Notes: generated by a model from the letters alone, not told the origin. A stretch of DNA of 55,658 bases from Actinomycetota bacterium (GCA_048594645.1 JBMDWR010000167.1:1-55658); one strand, 5' to 3'; positions 1-9,600 are shown, counted from the first letter of the stretch. Made by a program: numbers and translations.

Positions 1-144
1 GTCTACGACCGGTACGCGCTCGCGAAGGGCGACGATCTCCGCGGGCCGGCGATCGTCGAGGAGCGAGAGTCGACGATGGTCATCGGGCCGGGCGCCGACG
101 TCCGCGTCGACGAGGTCGGCAACCTCGTCGTGGAGGTTCGATGA
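1..144 (+). CDS. hydantoinase A / oxoprolinase family protein, C-terminal fragment (5' end outside window)
   Basis: Frame 1 is open from the window edge to TGA at 142-144. The tail ...GPAIVEERESTMVIGPGADVRVDEVGNLVVEVR resembles HyuA-type C-termini. The stop overlaps the ATG of the downstream HyuB-type gene (ATGA), the usual A/B pairing. Confidence 0.55.
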   Translation, partial: VYDRYALAKGDDLRGPAIVEERESTMVIGPGADVRVDEVGNLVVEVR

Positions 145-1889
145 GCCCCCGGAAGCGCGCGTCGATCGACCCCGTGACGCTCGAGATCCTTTGGAGCCGG
201 CTCGTCACGGTGACCAACGAGCAGGCGGCGGCGCTCCAGCGAACGTCGTTCACGCCGATCGTGCGTGAGTCCGGCGACCTGTCGGCGGCCGTGTTCGACG
301 CCCGCGGCAGGATGCTGGCGCAAGCCGTCACGGGGACCCCCGGCCACATCAACTCGCTCGCGACCGGCATGAAGCACTTCCTCGATGCCTTCCCTCCCGA
401 CACGCTGCGACCCGGAGACATCCTGATCACCAACGACCCGTGGAAGACGTCGGGCCAGCTGAACGACCTCTCGGTCGTGACGCCGGTGTTCAGGCGCGAC
501 CAGCTCGTCGGGTTCTTCGGGAACTGCTGTCACGCGATGGACATCGGCGGGCGGGGCTTGTCGGCCGATGCCTCCGAGGTGTTCGAGGAGGGGCTGTACG
601 TCCCGATGATGAAGCTGTACGACCGCGGCGAGCCCAACGAGGACCTGCTCCGCATCCTCGCCGGGAACGTCCGAGCGCCGTTCGAGGTGCTCGGTGACGT
701 GCACGCGCAGGTGGCCGGGAACCAGGTCGGCGTCGACCGCTTGCTGGAGTACCTGGACGACTTCGACCTGCCGGACCTCGAAGCCCTCTCCGACGAGATC
801 TGCACGCGTTCGGAGCGCGCGCTGCGTTCGGCGATCGCGGCCCTTCCCGACGGCGAGTACCGCAAGGTGATCCACACGGACGGCATCGACCGGCCGGTGC
901 GGATCGAATGCCTCGTCTCGATCGAGGGTGACGAGGTGGTCGTGGACTACGCCGGCAGCTCCCCGCAGATCGACCGGGGGATGAACGTCGTCCTCAACTA
1001 CACGGCGGCGTACACGAGCTACGCGCTGAAGTGCGCGATCTCGCCCCAGGTGCCGCACAACGACGGAAGCTTCCGGCCGGTGACGACGCTCGCCCCTGAG
1101 GGCTCGATCCTCAACCCCCGCCCGCCGGCGGCCGTCGCCGCCCGGCACATCGTCGGGCACTTCCTGCCGCACGCGATCTTCGGTGCGCTCGCGCCGCTGA
1201 TCCCCGACAGCATCATGGCGGAGGGCGCCGGCAACATCTGGCTCACGACGGTCCGTGGTCTCGGCAAGGACCGATTCATCACGGTGTTCTTCGCGGCGGG
1301 GGGAACCGGTGCCCGGCCCACGAAGGACGGGATCTCGACGACCAGCTTCCCGTCCGGGATCGCGACGGCGCCGGTCGAGGTGGTCGAGACGACCTCGCCG
1401 CTCGTCATCCGGCGCAAGGAGCTCCGGCGCGACACGGGCGGGCCGGGACGGTTCCGAGGCGGGCTCGGGCAAGCGATCGAGGTCGAGGTCGGGACGGGCG
1501 AGCCGTACGTCGTCTCGTCGCTCGCCGACCGGATGCGGTACGCGGCGGAGGGATACCTCGGGGGCCGTCCGGGCGGCCGCGGCGGCTTCCGTACGTCCGG
1601 CGGCGGGCGGCCGAACCCGAAGATCTCGACACGACTCGCCGCCGGGACCGGCTTCACGCTCGAGTTGCCCGGAGGCGGGGGCTTCGGCGACCCTCTCACC
1701 CGGGACGCTCGGGCCGTGGCGGAGGACGTCTCGGAGGGGTACGTGAGCCGCTCGGCCGCGTGGCGCGACTACGGGGTCCGCGTCTCGTCCACCGGCGACG
1801 TGACGGAGGAGTCGGCGGCTCGCCGTCGGGCCGCTCGAAGCTCCAAGCGCGCGAAGGGCGCTCGCCCGCGGCGCACGGCTCCGCGCTGA
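141..1889 (+). CDS. hydantoinase B / oxoprolinase family protein (HyuB-like, ATP-dependent lactam/ketone-acting enzyme family)
   Basis: 582-aa ORF. The N-terminus DPVTLEILWSRLVTVTNEQAAALQRTSFTPIVRESGDLSAAVFDARGRMLAQA...ITNDPW is the typical HyuB/OplaH-B signature region. It is translationally coupled to the upstream fragment. Confidence 0.9.
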   Translation: MSPRKRASIDPVTLEILWSRLVTVTNEQAAALQRTSFTPIVRESGDLSAAVFDARGRMLAQAVTGTPGHINSLATGMKHFLDAFPPDTLRPGDILITNDPWKTSGQLNDLSVVTPVFRRDQLVGFFGNCCHAMDIGGRGLSADASEVFEEGLYVPMMKLYDRGEPNEDLLRILAGNVRAPFEVLGDVHAQVAGNQVGVDRLLEYLDDFDLPDLEALSDEICTRSERALRSAIAALPDGEYRKVIHTDGIDRPVRIECLVSIEGDEVVVDYAGSSPQIDRGMNVVLNYTAAYTSYALKCAISPQVPHNDGSFRPVTTLAPEGSILNPRPPAAVAARHIVGHFLPHAIFGALAPLIPDSIMAEGAGNIWLTTVRGLGKDRFITVFFAAGGTGARPTKDGISTTSFPSGIATAPVEVVETTSPLVIRRKELRRDTGGPGRFRGGLGQAIEVEVGTGEPYVVSSLADRMRYAAEGYLGGRPGGRGGFRTSGGGRPNPKISTRLAAGTGFTLELPGGGGFGDPLTRDARAVAEDVSEGYVSRSAAWRDYGVRVSSTGDVTEESAARRRAARSSKRAKGARPRRTAPR

Positions 1890-1904
1890 GCGAAAGGGAA
1901 ACAC

Positions 1905-2537
1905 ATGGAGATCGAGAACACGATCGAGATCCCCGCGCCGCGCACGCAGGTGTGGGACTACCTCCTCGACGTCGAACGCGTGGCGCCGTGCATGCCAGGT
2001 GCCGAGCTGACCGAGGTCGTCGACGACCACACGTGGAAGGGCAAGGTCGGCGTCAAGCTCGGGCCCGTTAGCCTGTCGTTCGCCGGCACGGTCGTCCTTC
2101 AGGAGACGGACGAGGACGACCACACCGTGATCCTCAAGGCCGACGGGAAGGAGTCCAAGGGCAAGGGAACCGCCTCGGCGCTCGTCACGTCGCGTCTCGA
2201 AGAGCCCTCGCCCGGTTCCACGCGCGTCGTGATCTCGACCGACCTGTCGATCTCGGGCGGACTCGTGCAGTTCGGACGCGGCATGATCGCCGACGTCTCG
2301 CAGAAGATGGCCGGTCAGTTCGCCGGCTGCCTCGCCGCTCGGATCGCGGCCGACGCCGCCGCGCCGGCCGAGGCTCAGGCCGAGGGCGCCGCGCCGCCGC
2401 CGCCCGCGCCTTTGCCGCGCGCGGCCGAACCGGTCGGCGGCTTCAAGCTCGCCCTGTGGGCGCTCTTCCGGGCGATCCGGCGTGGGCTCGCCCGCCTCGG
2501 TCGAGCGATCACGGCGCTCTTCCGCAAGGACCGCTGA
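1905..2537 (+). CDS. CoxG-like SRPBCC family protein with Ala/Pro-rich linker and C-terminal amphipathic tail
   Basis: 210-aa ORF. MEIENTIEIPAPRTQVWDYLLDVERVAPCMPGAEL...WKGKVGVKLGPVSLSFAGTV matches the CoxG/SRPBCC pattern. It starts 16 nt after the hyuB-like stop. Confidence 0.8.
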   Translation: MEIENTIEIPAPRTQVWDYLLDVERVAPCMPGAELTEVVDDHTWKGKVGVKLGPVSLSFAGTVVLQETDEDDHTVILKADGKESKGKGTASALVTSRLEEPSPGSTRVVISTDLSISGGLVQFGRGMIADVSQKMAGQFAGCLAARIAADAAAPAEAQAEGAAPPPPAPLPRAAEPVGGFKLALWALFRAIRRGLARLGRAITALFRKDR

Positions 2538-2545
2538 CGGATCCG

Positions 2546-2563
2546 CGGCGCGCGCCCGCGCCG
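2546..2563. terminator. GC hairpin between convergent genes (possible bidirectional terminator)
   Basis: CGGCGCG-CGCC-CGCGCCG, a perfect 7-bp inverted repeat in the 30-nt gap between the convergent stops at 2537 and 2568. There is no U-tract. Confidence 0.25.
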
Positions 2564-2567
2564 TCGC

Positions 2568-3575
2568 CTAGTTCGCCGAGAACAGGTCCAGGATCCGATC
2601 GAATTGATGCGGCGCGGCCGGCCGCAGCAGCGGCACCTGGACGCCGGCATCCCGGTACTGCTGGATCCGAGCGACCACCTCGTCGGGCGTTCCGGAGGCG
2701 GTGAGGCCCTCGACGTAGGAATCGGGAACGGCCTCGATCAGCGCCTGCTTGCCGCCACGCTCCCACGCTTCCTGGAACGTCGGGATGTCCTCTTCGTGCA
2801 TGTACGGCTCGCCCACGACCTTCTTGGGCTTGATGATGAACGGCAGCTGGATCGGGTCGAGCTTGCTCGCGATCTCCCAGCGGATCGCGTCGAGCGCCTT
2901 CTTGTGATCGTCCTCGACGGAGGTGTTCACGATCTGCCAGATCTGGAACGTCGAGAAGTCCCGGCCGGCCTCCTCGGCAGCCTCTTTGACGATCGCGATC
3001 GCGTTGGCGCTGTACTCGGGCGAGCACGTCGCGTTCAGCATCACACCGTCCCCGATGCGCCCGGCGATCTGGAGTCCCGTCTTGCTCGTCGCCGGGATGA
3101 ACAACGGAACGTCGGTCCGCGTCGGCTTGAAGCTGATCTGGACGTCGTCGAAGTTCACGTGGTCGCCGTGGTACGAGACCTTCTCGCCGGTGAGCAGCAG
3201 CCTGATCGACTCGACCCACTCGATCAGCGACTGCGGCGGGTCGGCGCGGTGGAGCCCGTGGCGCTTCGCGTGCGTATGCGTGCAGGCGCCCGGCGCGAGC
3301 ATCATCCGGCCTTCGGTGAGCTCGTCGAGCGCGGCGAGCGTCTGCGCCATGACGAGCGGGGTCCGCAGCCGAACGATCTGCGTGCAGCCGAGCACGATCC
3401 GCTCGGTGCCGAGGCCGATCGTCGCGATGGAGGTCACCGAGTCGCGGACCAGCTCGATCGTCTCCGAGAAGAACCCGGCCTCGAACCCTCGTTCCTCGGC
3501 GTCGCGGAACGCGAGCGCGAGGTCCTTCGGTGTCATGTTCGGGTCGTAGCCGGCCGCCAGTCCGATGCGATCCAT
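2568..3575 (-). CDS. LLM-class (luciferase-like) flavin/F420-dependent oxidoreductase
   Basis: ORF 2568..3626. I place the start at ATG 3575 (MDRIGLAAGY...), preceded by GAGGGGAGGGTGG. The sequence pattern (GFEAGFFSETIE..., ...LAPGACTH..., IAGRIGDGVMLN) is typical of the LLM TIM-barrel family. Confidence 0.8.
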   Translation of the reverse strand: MDRIGLAAGYDPNMTPKDLALAFRDAEERGFEAGFFSETIELVRDSVTSIATIGLGTERIVLGCTQIVRLRTPLVMAQTLAALDELTEGRMMLAPGACTHTHAKRHGLHRADPPQSLIEWVESIRLLLTGEKVSYHGDHVNFDDVQISFKPTRTDVPLFIPATSKTGLQIAGRIGDGVMLNATCSPEYSANAIAIVKEAAEEAGRDFSTFQIWQIVNTSVEDDHKKALDAIRWEIASKLDPIQLPFIIKPKKVVGEPYMHEEDIPTFQEAWERGGKQALIEAVPDSYVEGLTASGTPDEVVARIQQYRDAGVQVPLLRPAAPHQFDRILDLFSAN

Positions 3576-3671
3576 CCACCCTCCCCTCGATGGCCATCTG
3601 GAAGAACGGCCTCGGCCCGCCCGCACCGCTCTGCCGCGATCCCGCCCTCGATGGCGCGTCCCCCCGGGCGA

Positions 3672-3693
3672 AGTATCTTGGCGTAGAGATACT
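3672..3693. promoter_or_regulatory. palindromic operator copy 1 (AGTATCT-TGGCGTAG-AGATACT)
   Basis: Perfect 7-bp inverted arms with an 8-bp spacer, in the divergent region between the LLM oxidoreductase (start 3575) and the MarR gene. It is one of five related sites. A TTGACT hexamer at 3702-3707 could be a -35 for the MarR gene. Confidence 0.7.
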
Positions 3694-3786
3694 CTAGGCT
3701 GTTGACTGGCGTCAAGCCAGGCGGTTCACTCGGCCTGCGTCTTGGCTGGAACGAAGCGCTTGCACTCCAAGGGAAGGGCGGGGACG

Positions 3787-4374
3787 GTGGCGACGGCCAG
3801 GGATCAGGTCGACAGGATCCTCCGGCAGTGGGCGCGGGAGCGCCCTGATCTCGACACGTCCCCGATGTCGGTGATCGCGCGGATCTCCCGCCTGTCCAGG
3901 ATCCTCGAGCGCCGGATCGAGGACTTGCTGGAGCAGCACGGTCTGAACGAACCGCAGTTCGGGGTCCTCGCCGCTCTCCGCCGCGCGGGACCGCCCTACT
4001 GCCTGTCCCCGACGGCCCTGTACAGCTCGCTGCTGATCTCCTCCGGCGCGATGACGAATCGGCTCGACCGCCTCACGGCGCTGGGTCTGGTCCGTCGGGT
4101 GCCGGACCCCGGCGACCGCCGCAGCTCGCTCGTGCAGCTCACGCCGAAGGGCCTCCGCATCGTCGAGCGTGCGGTTGGGGCCCACACCGCGAACGAGCAG
4201 GCGCTGCTCTCGTCCCTGTCGGTGTCGCAACAGCGGGATCTGGCGAAGCTGCTGCGAACGCTGCTGTCCCGCTTCGAGGACGAGGCGCAGCTGCACGTGC
4301 GGATCGACTCGCTCGATCCCGACGGCACTAGCGCGCGGTCCAACCGCCGTCGATCTTCAGGTGCTGGCCGGTGA
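3787..4374 (+). CDS. MarR family transcriptional regulator
   Basis: ORF 3742..4374. The winged-helix region ...LNEPQFGVLAALRRAGPPYCLSPTALYSSLLISSGAMTNRLDRLTALGLVRRVPDPGDRRSSLVQLTPKG is a classical MarR pattern. GTG 3787 follows GGGAAGGGCGGGGA. TTG 3742 is an alternative start without an RBS. The 3' end overlaps the convergent SDR gene by 47 nt. Confidence 0.85.
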   Translation: MATARDQVDRILRQWARERPDLDTSPMSVIARISRLSRILERRIEDLLEQHGLNEPQFGVLAALRRAGPPYCLSPTALYSSLLISSGAMTNRLDRLTALGLVRRVPDPGDRRSSLVQLTPKGLRIVERAVGAHTANEQALLSSLSVSQQRDLAKLLRTLLSRFEDEAQLHVRIDSLDPDGTSARSNRRRSSGAGR

Positions 4375-5083
4375 TATAGCTCGCGTCGGGTGAGGCGAGG
4401 AACAGGACCGCACCCACCACATCGGCCGGCGCTCCGACGCGGCCGAGCGGCGTGTGATCGTGCACGTATCGCAGGTTCTCCTCCACGTCGAGCCACTGCG
4501 TGTTGAGGTCCGTCCGGATGTAGCCGGGGCCGACGGCGTTCACCCGGATCGTCGGTGCCCACCGGACGGCGAGCGCCCGCGTCATCTGCACGATCGCGGC
4601 CTTGCTGGCCTGATACGTCACGGCCGCCCGCGTGACGACCTCGGCGGCGATCGAAGCGACGTTCACGATCGCGCCTCCCGCTGCACCCAGCATCCGCTCT
4701 CCTACCGCCTGCGACACGAAGAACGTCCCTCGGACGTTGGTGTCGAACACGGTGTCGAACTCGTCGGCTGTCACGCTCGGCGGGTCGGTCCGGACGATCG
4801 CGCCCGCGGCGTTGACGAGGACGTCGATGCGGTCGCGCCACGCCCACGCCTCGGCGACGGCGTCCCGGATCGTCCCGACGTCGGTCACGTCGGCGCCCAC
4901 GGGACGGAAGGCACCACCGTCACGGCCGATCTCCTCTCCGAGCGTCCCCAAGGCGTCCAGTGAGCGCGCGATGCCGACGACGCCCGCTCCGGCTCCGGCG
5001 AACGCCAGCGCGATGGCACGGCCGATGCCGCGGCTGGCGCCGGTCACAAGGACCACCCGGCCGGTCGGATCCGTTCCCACCAA
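4328..5083 (-). CDS. SDR family oxidoreductase
   Basis: 251-aa ORF with the cofactor motif VTGASRGIG, NAAG, the catalytic Y-x3-K (YQASKAA) and PGYIRT. GGAGG lies upstream of the TTG 5083 / GTG 5080 starts. Confidence 0.9.
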   Translation of the reverse strand: MVGTDPTGRVVLVTGASRGIGRAIALAFAGAGAGVVGIARSLDALGTLGEEIGRDGGAFRPVGADVTDVGTIRDAVAEAWAWRDRIDVLVNAAGAIVRTDPPSVTADEFDTVFDTNVRGTFFVSQAVGERMLGAAGGAIVNVASIAAEVVTRAAVTYQASKAAIVQMTRALAVRWAPTIRVNAVGPGYIRTDLNTQWLDVEENLRYVHDHTPLGRVGAPADVVGAVLFLASPDASYITGQHLKIDGGWTAR

Positions 5084-5110
5084 GGCACCTCCAGCGGAGA
5101 CGGCGAAAGA

Positions 5111-5132
5111 GATATCTTTACGTTTAGATACC
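5111..5132. promoter_or_regulatory. palindromic operator copy 2 (GATATCT-TTACGTTT-AGATACC)
   Basis: Lies in the divergent region between the SDR start (5083) and the Mo-hydroxylase large-subunit start (5208). 6 of 7 arm positions are complementary and the spacer contains CGT as in the other copies. Confidence 0.65.
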
Positions 5133-5207
5133 GGTGGACCCCGAGCGTGTCAAGGCGCGCCGTCGCCGGTCCGAGACGGTTCTGCGGCACCGCATCGCCG
5201 CGAGGGG

Positions 5208-7526
5208 GTGTGCGAGACGGATCGGTGGGTCGGAGCATCGCTGGCGCGGAAGGAAGACGAGCGGCTCGTCCGGGGCGCCGGCCGATTCGTCGCCGACATC
5301 TCGTTCCCGGATCAGGTGCACGCGACGTTCGTTCGCAGCACCTTGGCGCACGCGCGGATCGCGAACATCGACGCCTCGGCGGCGCGCGCGGCGCCCGGTG
5401 TGGTCGGCGTGATGACCGCATCGGACGTTCCGGCGGGGCCGATGCCGCCGTTCCTGTGGGACACGCCGCCGGAAAAGCTCGTGGACGCGCTGAAGCCCAT
5501 GCTGAGGCCGTGTCATCCCCCGCTGCTCCCGGCGGACCGCGTTCGATTCGTCGGCCAGGCCGTGGCCGTGGTGCTGGCGGAGAGCCGGTACGCGGCGGAG
5601 GACGCCGCCGCCCTGGTTGAGGTCGACCTCGAGCCCATGCCGGCGCTCGGCACGATCGACGCGGCGCTCGCTCCCGATGCGCCCATCGTGCACGAGGGTT
5701 GGGACGACAACGTCGCCGTCCGCTTCACCGTTCGGAAGGACGACGTGGAGGGCGCGTTCGGAGCAGCGGCCACGGTGGTCCAGGAGCGGTTCGAGATGCA
5801 GCGACAGGCCGGGGTCCCTATGGAGACACGCGGCGCCGTCGCGACGGTCGACGACGGGCACCTCACGGTGTGGTCTGCCACGCAGAACGCGCACCCGCTG
5901 CGTCGCGCGCTCAGCCGCGTGTCGGGTCTGCCGCCGGAACGCGTCGACGTGATCGCCCCGGACGTCGGCGGCGGGTTCGGGACCAAGGGCGTGCTGTATC
6001 CCGAGGACCTGATCGTGGGGCTCGCGGCGCTGCGCCTGGGGCGCCCGGTCAAGTGGATCGAGGACCGGATCGAGCACATGCAGAGCGCGATCCACGCGCG
6101 CGAGCAGCGCCACGACCTCCGCATGGGGATCGACGCCGACGGCACGATCGTCGCGCTCGCCGACCGGTTCTTCGTCGACACGGGCGCCTTCAACCCGCTC
6201 GGCCTGGTGATCCCGTACAACACGATCGCGCATCTGATGGGCCCGTACCGCGTGCCGGCCTTCGAGGCCGTCGGGACGTGCGTGATCACGACGAAGGTGC
6301 CGACCGCGCCGTATCGAGGTGCGGGCAGGCCGGAGGCCGTGTTCGCCGTCGAGCGCGCCCTCGACCGCGCCGCCAACGAACTGAGGATCGACCCCGTCGA
6401 GCTCCGCAGACGGAACCTGTTGCGTCCCGACGAGCTGCCGTTCGAAGCGGGCATCCTGTACCGGGACGGTGAGCCGCTCGTGATGGACAGCGGCGACTAC
6501 CCACGAACGCTGTCCCGGGCCGCGGAGCTCCTCGGCTACGAGGCGCTCCGGACGGAGCAGGCGCGCGACGGCGGCTCCGGCCGACTCCTCGGTCTCGGCG
6601 TCGCGTGCTACGTGGAGGGCACCGGCATCGGACCGTTCGAAGGCGCGTCCGTGCGGCTGGATCCGTCGACGGGCGACGTCTCGGCCTCGACGGGGGCATG
6701 CTCGCAAGGCCAGGCGCACGAGACCGTGTTCGCGCAGATCTGCGCCGACGCGCTCGGCGTGCATCCCGACCGGGTCTCCGTCACCGGCGGCGACACCCGC
6801 CTGATCGAGCGTGGCTGGGGAACCGTGGCGAGCAGGAGCGCGGTCGTCGCCGGCAACGCGATCCGGACGGCGGCCTCCTCCCTCCGCACCCAGGTCCTGG
6901 ACGCCGCGGCCGAACGCCTGGAGGTCGCCGCGCCCGATCTGGTGCTCGACGGCGACCGCGTGGTCGTCGCCGGCGCGTCCGAACGCTCGGTCGCGTTGTC
7001 CGACCTCGCGGACGGGGACCCCGAGGTCCTTCGGGCCGTCGACTACTTCGAACCCGGCACCGTGACGTGGGCGAACGGCGCTCACGCCGTCGCCGTCGAG
7101 GTGGACGCCGAGACCGGGGAGATCGCGGTCCTTCGGTACGTCGTCGTCCACGACTGCGGCACCGTCATCAATCCCGTTGTGGTGGACGGACAGGTGCACG
7201 GCGGGGTCGCACAAGGCATCGGTGGCGCGCTGTTCGAGGAGGTCGTGTTCGACGACGAGGGTCAGCTCCTGAACGCCACGATGGCCGACTACCTCGTCCC
7301 CACCGCGACCGAGATCCCGCCGGTGACGCTCGACCATCTGGAGACGCCGACGCCGATGAACCCGCTCGGGGTCAAAGGCGTCGGGGAGGGCGGCGCGGTC
7401 CCGGTGGCGGCGGCGATCGCCGGCGCGGTGGAGGACGCGCTCCGGCCGTTCGGCGTGCGCGTGCACCGGACGCCGCTGTCGCCCGCTGCCGTCCTCGACC
7501 TCATCGAGCGCGCCGGACGCGGCTGA
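5208..7526 (+). CDS. xanthine dehydrogenase / aldehyde oxidase family molybdopterin-binding large subunit (orphan, no adjacent FeS/FAD subunits)
   Basis: The C-terminal ~772 codons of ORF 4632..7526 carry the family signal. The N-terminus VGASLARKEDERLVRGAGRFVADISFP...VHATFVRS is typical. Also present are DVGGGFGTKG, the loop TAPYRGAGRPEA (not the AYRCSFR loop of true CO dehydrogenases) and the C-terminal LGVKGVGEGGAV. GTG 5208 is the only start candidate downstream of the SDR gene, so the start is moderately uncertain. Confidence 0.85.
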   Translation: MCETDRWVGASLARKEDERLVRGAGRFVADISFPDQVHATFVRSTLAHARIANIDASAARAAPGVVGVMTASDVPAGPMPPFLWDTPPEKLVDALKPMLRPCHPPLLPADRVRFVGQAVAVVLAESRYAAEDAAALVEVDLEPMPALGTIDAALAPDAPIVHEGWDDNVAVRFTVRKDDVEGAFGAAATVVQERFEMQRQAGVPMETRGAVATVDDGHLTVWSATQNAHPLRRALSRVSGLPPERVDVIAPDVGGGFGTKGVLYPEDLIVGLAALRLGRPVKWIEDRIEHMQSAIHAREQRHDLRMGIDADGTIVALADRFFVDTGAFNPLGLVIPYNTIAHLMGPYRVPAFEAVGTCVITTKVPTAPYRGAGRPEAVFAVERALDRAANELRIDPVELRRRNLLRPDELPFEAGILYRDGEPLVMDSGDYPRTLSRAAELLGYEALRTEQARDGGSGRLLGLGVACYVEGTGIGPFEGASVRLDPSTGDVSASTGACSQGQAHETVFAQICADALGVHPDRVSVTGGDTRLIERGWGTVASRSAVVAGNAIRTAASSLRTQVLDAAAERLEVAAPDLVLDGDRVVVAGASERSVALSDLADGDPEVLRAVDYFEPGTVTWANGAHAVAVEVDAETGEIAVLRYVVVHDCGTVINPVVVDGQVHGGVAQGIGGALFEEVVFDDEGQLLNATMADYLVPTATEIPPVTLDHLETPTPMNPLGVKGVGEGGAVPVAAAIAGAVEDALRPFGVRVHRTPLSPAAVLDLIERAGRG

Positions 7527-7607
7527 GGCCGGCCGGCTCGTTCACGGACGGTGCCGAGGGCGGATCTCGACGGACCCCGGGTGGTGACAACGACCGACGT
7601 CGCCGCC

Positions 7608-8633
7608 TCAGGCGTACCAGCACGCGGCGAGATGCTCGCGGCCCTTGTCCTCCAGGTACGGATCGTCGACGGCGCACCGCTCCTCGGCGATCGGGCACCT
7701 CGTGTGGAAGCGACATCCCGCCGGCGGGTGCATCGGGTTCGGGATCTCACCCGTCAGCACCTGTCGGTGACGCGTCCGCTGTACGCGGGGGTCCGGGATC
7801 GGAACGGCCGACAACAGCGCCTTCGTGTAGGGGTGCTTCGGCTGCTCGTAGAGCTGATCCCGGTCGCCGACCTCGACCAACTTGCCCGCGTACATCACGG
7901 CGATCCGGTGCGAGATGTGCCGCACGACCGAGAGGTCGTGCGCGATGAACAGGTACGTCAGCCCCAGGCGCTCTTGGAGGTCCTGCAACAGGTTCACGAC
8001 CTGTGCTCGGATCGAGACGTCCAGGGCCGAGACGGGCTCGTCGCAGACGATGAAGTCTGGCTCCAGCGCGAGGGCCCGCGCGATGCCGATCCGCTGGCGC
8101 TGACCGCCGCTGAACGCGTGCGGGTACCGGTTCACGGCATCGGACGGCATGCCCACGAGCTCGAGCAGCTCCTTCACCTTGGGACGCGCGTCCGCGATGT
8201 GCTCGACGGCCCCGTGAACGACGAGCGGCTCGCCGACGAGGTCGAGGATCTTCATGCGCGGGTTGAGGCTCGCGTACGGGTCCTGGAAGACCAGCTGCAT
8301 CTCTCGGCGGAGCCCCCTCAGCTGCTCGCCGCCGAGATGCGTGATGTCACGACCCTTGAACCAGATCTTGCCGGTGGTGATCGGCAGCCGCCGAAGGATG
8401 GCTCGGCCAGTCGTCGTCTTGCCCGACCCCGACTCCCCCACCAGCCCCAGCGTCTCCCCGCGCTTGATCTCGAACGAGACGGTCTCGACGGCGTGGACGA
8501 ACAGCCGCTGGCCGCCCCAGAACCCCGACCGGCCGGCCGGGAAGTGGACGGACAGGTTCTCGACCTTGAGGAGCGGCTCACCCGCCGAGGGTCCCTGCTC
8601 CAGCGGTCTCTCCGACAGGCTCAACGAAGGCAC
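7608..8633 (-). CDS. ABC transporter ATP-binding protein (oligopeptide/dipeptide OppF/DppF-like)
   Basis: Walker [10 protein letters not shown], signature FSGGQRQR, Walker [13 protein letters not shown] and the C-terminal oligopeptide-type Cys motif (GCRFHTRCP...ACW). The start may be slightly downstream, because this ORF overlaps the upstream gene by 56 nt. Confidence 0.9.
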   Translation of the reverse strand: MPSLSLSERPLEQGPSAGEPLLKVENLSVHFPAGRSGFWGGQRLFVHAVETVSFEIKRGETLGLVGESGSGKTTTGRAILRRLPITTGKIWFKGRDITHLGGEQLRGLRREMQLVFQDPYASLNPRMKILDLVGEPLVVHGAVEHIADARPKVKELLELVGMPSDAVNRYPHAFSGGQRQRIGIARALALEPDFIVCDEPVSALDVSIRAQVVNLLQDLQERLGLTYLFIAHDLSVVRHISHRIAVMYAGKLVEVGDRDQLYEQPKHPYTKALLSAVPIPDPRVQRTRHRQVLTGEIPNPMHPPAGCRFHTRCPIAEERCAVDDPYLEDKGREHLAACWYA

Positions 8634-9600
8634 GCCAGCACGCCACCTCCCTTCCGCCGTCGTGCCGCTCGAGCGGCGGCATCTCGTCGACGCACCGGTC
8701 GATGGCCAGCCTGCAGCGTGGGTGGAACGGGCAACCGGTCGGCGGCTTCACCAGATCGGGAGGCGATCCGTCGATCCCGAGCATCCTCGAACCGACCTCG
8801 TCCAAGCGAGGGGTTGACCCGAGCAGACCGCGCGTGTAGGGATGGCCGGGCCGTTCGAAGACGTCCTCCGTCGACCCGGATTCGACGATCCGGCCCGCGT
8901 ACATCACCGAGATCCGATGGCACACCTGCGCCACGACACCCAGGTCGTGACTGATCAGCAGCACTGCGATCTCGAGCCGCTCCTGCAGGTCGGCGAGCAA
9001 CTCGAGGATCTGGGCCTGGATCGTGACGTCGAGCGCCGTCGTGGGCTCGTCCGCGATCAGCAGCTCCGGGTCGCACGCGAGCGACATCGCGATCAGCATC
9101 CGCTGGCGCATCCCGCCGGAGAACTCGTGCGGGTACTGCTCGACCCGCTTCTCGGGGTTCGAGATCCCCACGAGCTCGAGCAGCTCGATCGTGCGTTCGC
9201 GTGCTCCGGCCCTGCTCATGCCCATGTGGTGCTTCAGGACCTCCCCGATCTGCATGCCGATCGTGAACAGCGGGTTCAGGCTGGTCATCGGGTCCTGGAA
9301 GACCATCGCCAGCTCCTTGCCGCGGATCCTCCGAACGAGACGCTCGCCTTCGTCACCCAGCAGGGACGTGCCCTTCCACCGGATGTCCCCGGCCGTGATC
9401 TTGCCCGGGAGCTTGATCAGCCCCATGGCGGCCAGGGACGTCACGCTCTTGCCAGAACCGGACTCCCCCACCAGGCCGAGCGTCTCCCCGCGATCGAGGC
9501 TGAGATCCACGTCGTGGATCGCGACGACGGTCCCACGCCTCGTGAAGAAGGTCACCTCGAGGCCGTCGACCTCGAGCAACGGCTGCGCGGTCCGGTCCAT
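8578..9600 (-). CDS. ABC transporter ATP-binding protein (OppD/DppD-like)
   Basis: Start ATG 9600 ([16 protein letters not shown]...) overlaps the permease stop (ATGA). Walker A GESGSGKS, signature FSGGMRQR, Walker [13 protein letters not shown] and the C-terminal GCPFHPRC motif are present. The longer 537-aa ORF in the track is an upstream read-through. Confidence 0.9.
   Translation of the reverse strand: MDRTAQPLLEVDGLEVTFFTRRGTVVAIHDVDLSLDRGETLGLVGESGSGKSVTSLAAMGLIKLPGKITAGDIRWKGTSLLGDEGERLVRRIRGKELAMVFQDPMTSLNPLFTIGMQIGEVLKHHMGMSRAGARERTIELLELVGISNPEKRVEQYPHEFSGGMRQRMLIAMSLACDPELLIADEPTTALDVTIQAQILELLADLQERLEIAVLLISHDLGVVAQVCHRISVMYAGRIVESGSTEDVFERPGHPYTRGLLGSTPRLDEVGSRMLGIDGSPPDLVKPPTGCPFHPRCRLAIDRCVDEMPPLERHDGGREVACWRAFVEPVGETAGAGTLGG

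Noticed and set aside
3-2123. 706-aa ORF on the minus strand antisense to the hydantoinase B gene. Similar very long antisense or alternative-frame ORFs occur elsewhere, e.g. 5124..7466 (-), 17913..20333 (+), 30513..33020 (+), 46804..49728 (+) and 11330..13195 (+).
   Set aside because: Their translations are Arg/Pro/Gly/Ala-rich low-complexity strings with no recognisable family motifs. Each lies opposite or out of frame to an ORF with clear homology patterns. Stop-free antisense frames are expected in very G+C-rich DNA.
3711-3721. The 11-mer GTCAAGCCAGG occurs downstream of operator copy 1 and again at 13131-13141 downstream of copy 3, with a partial GTCAAGGCG at 5149-5157. It could be a second regulatory motif.
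   Set aside because: There are only two full copies and it is absent at copies 4 and 5. It may be part of promoter or 5'-UTR sequence, but the evidence is too thin to call a feature.
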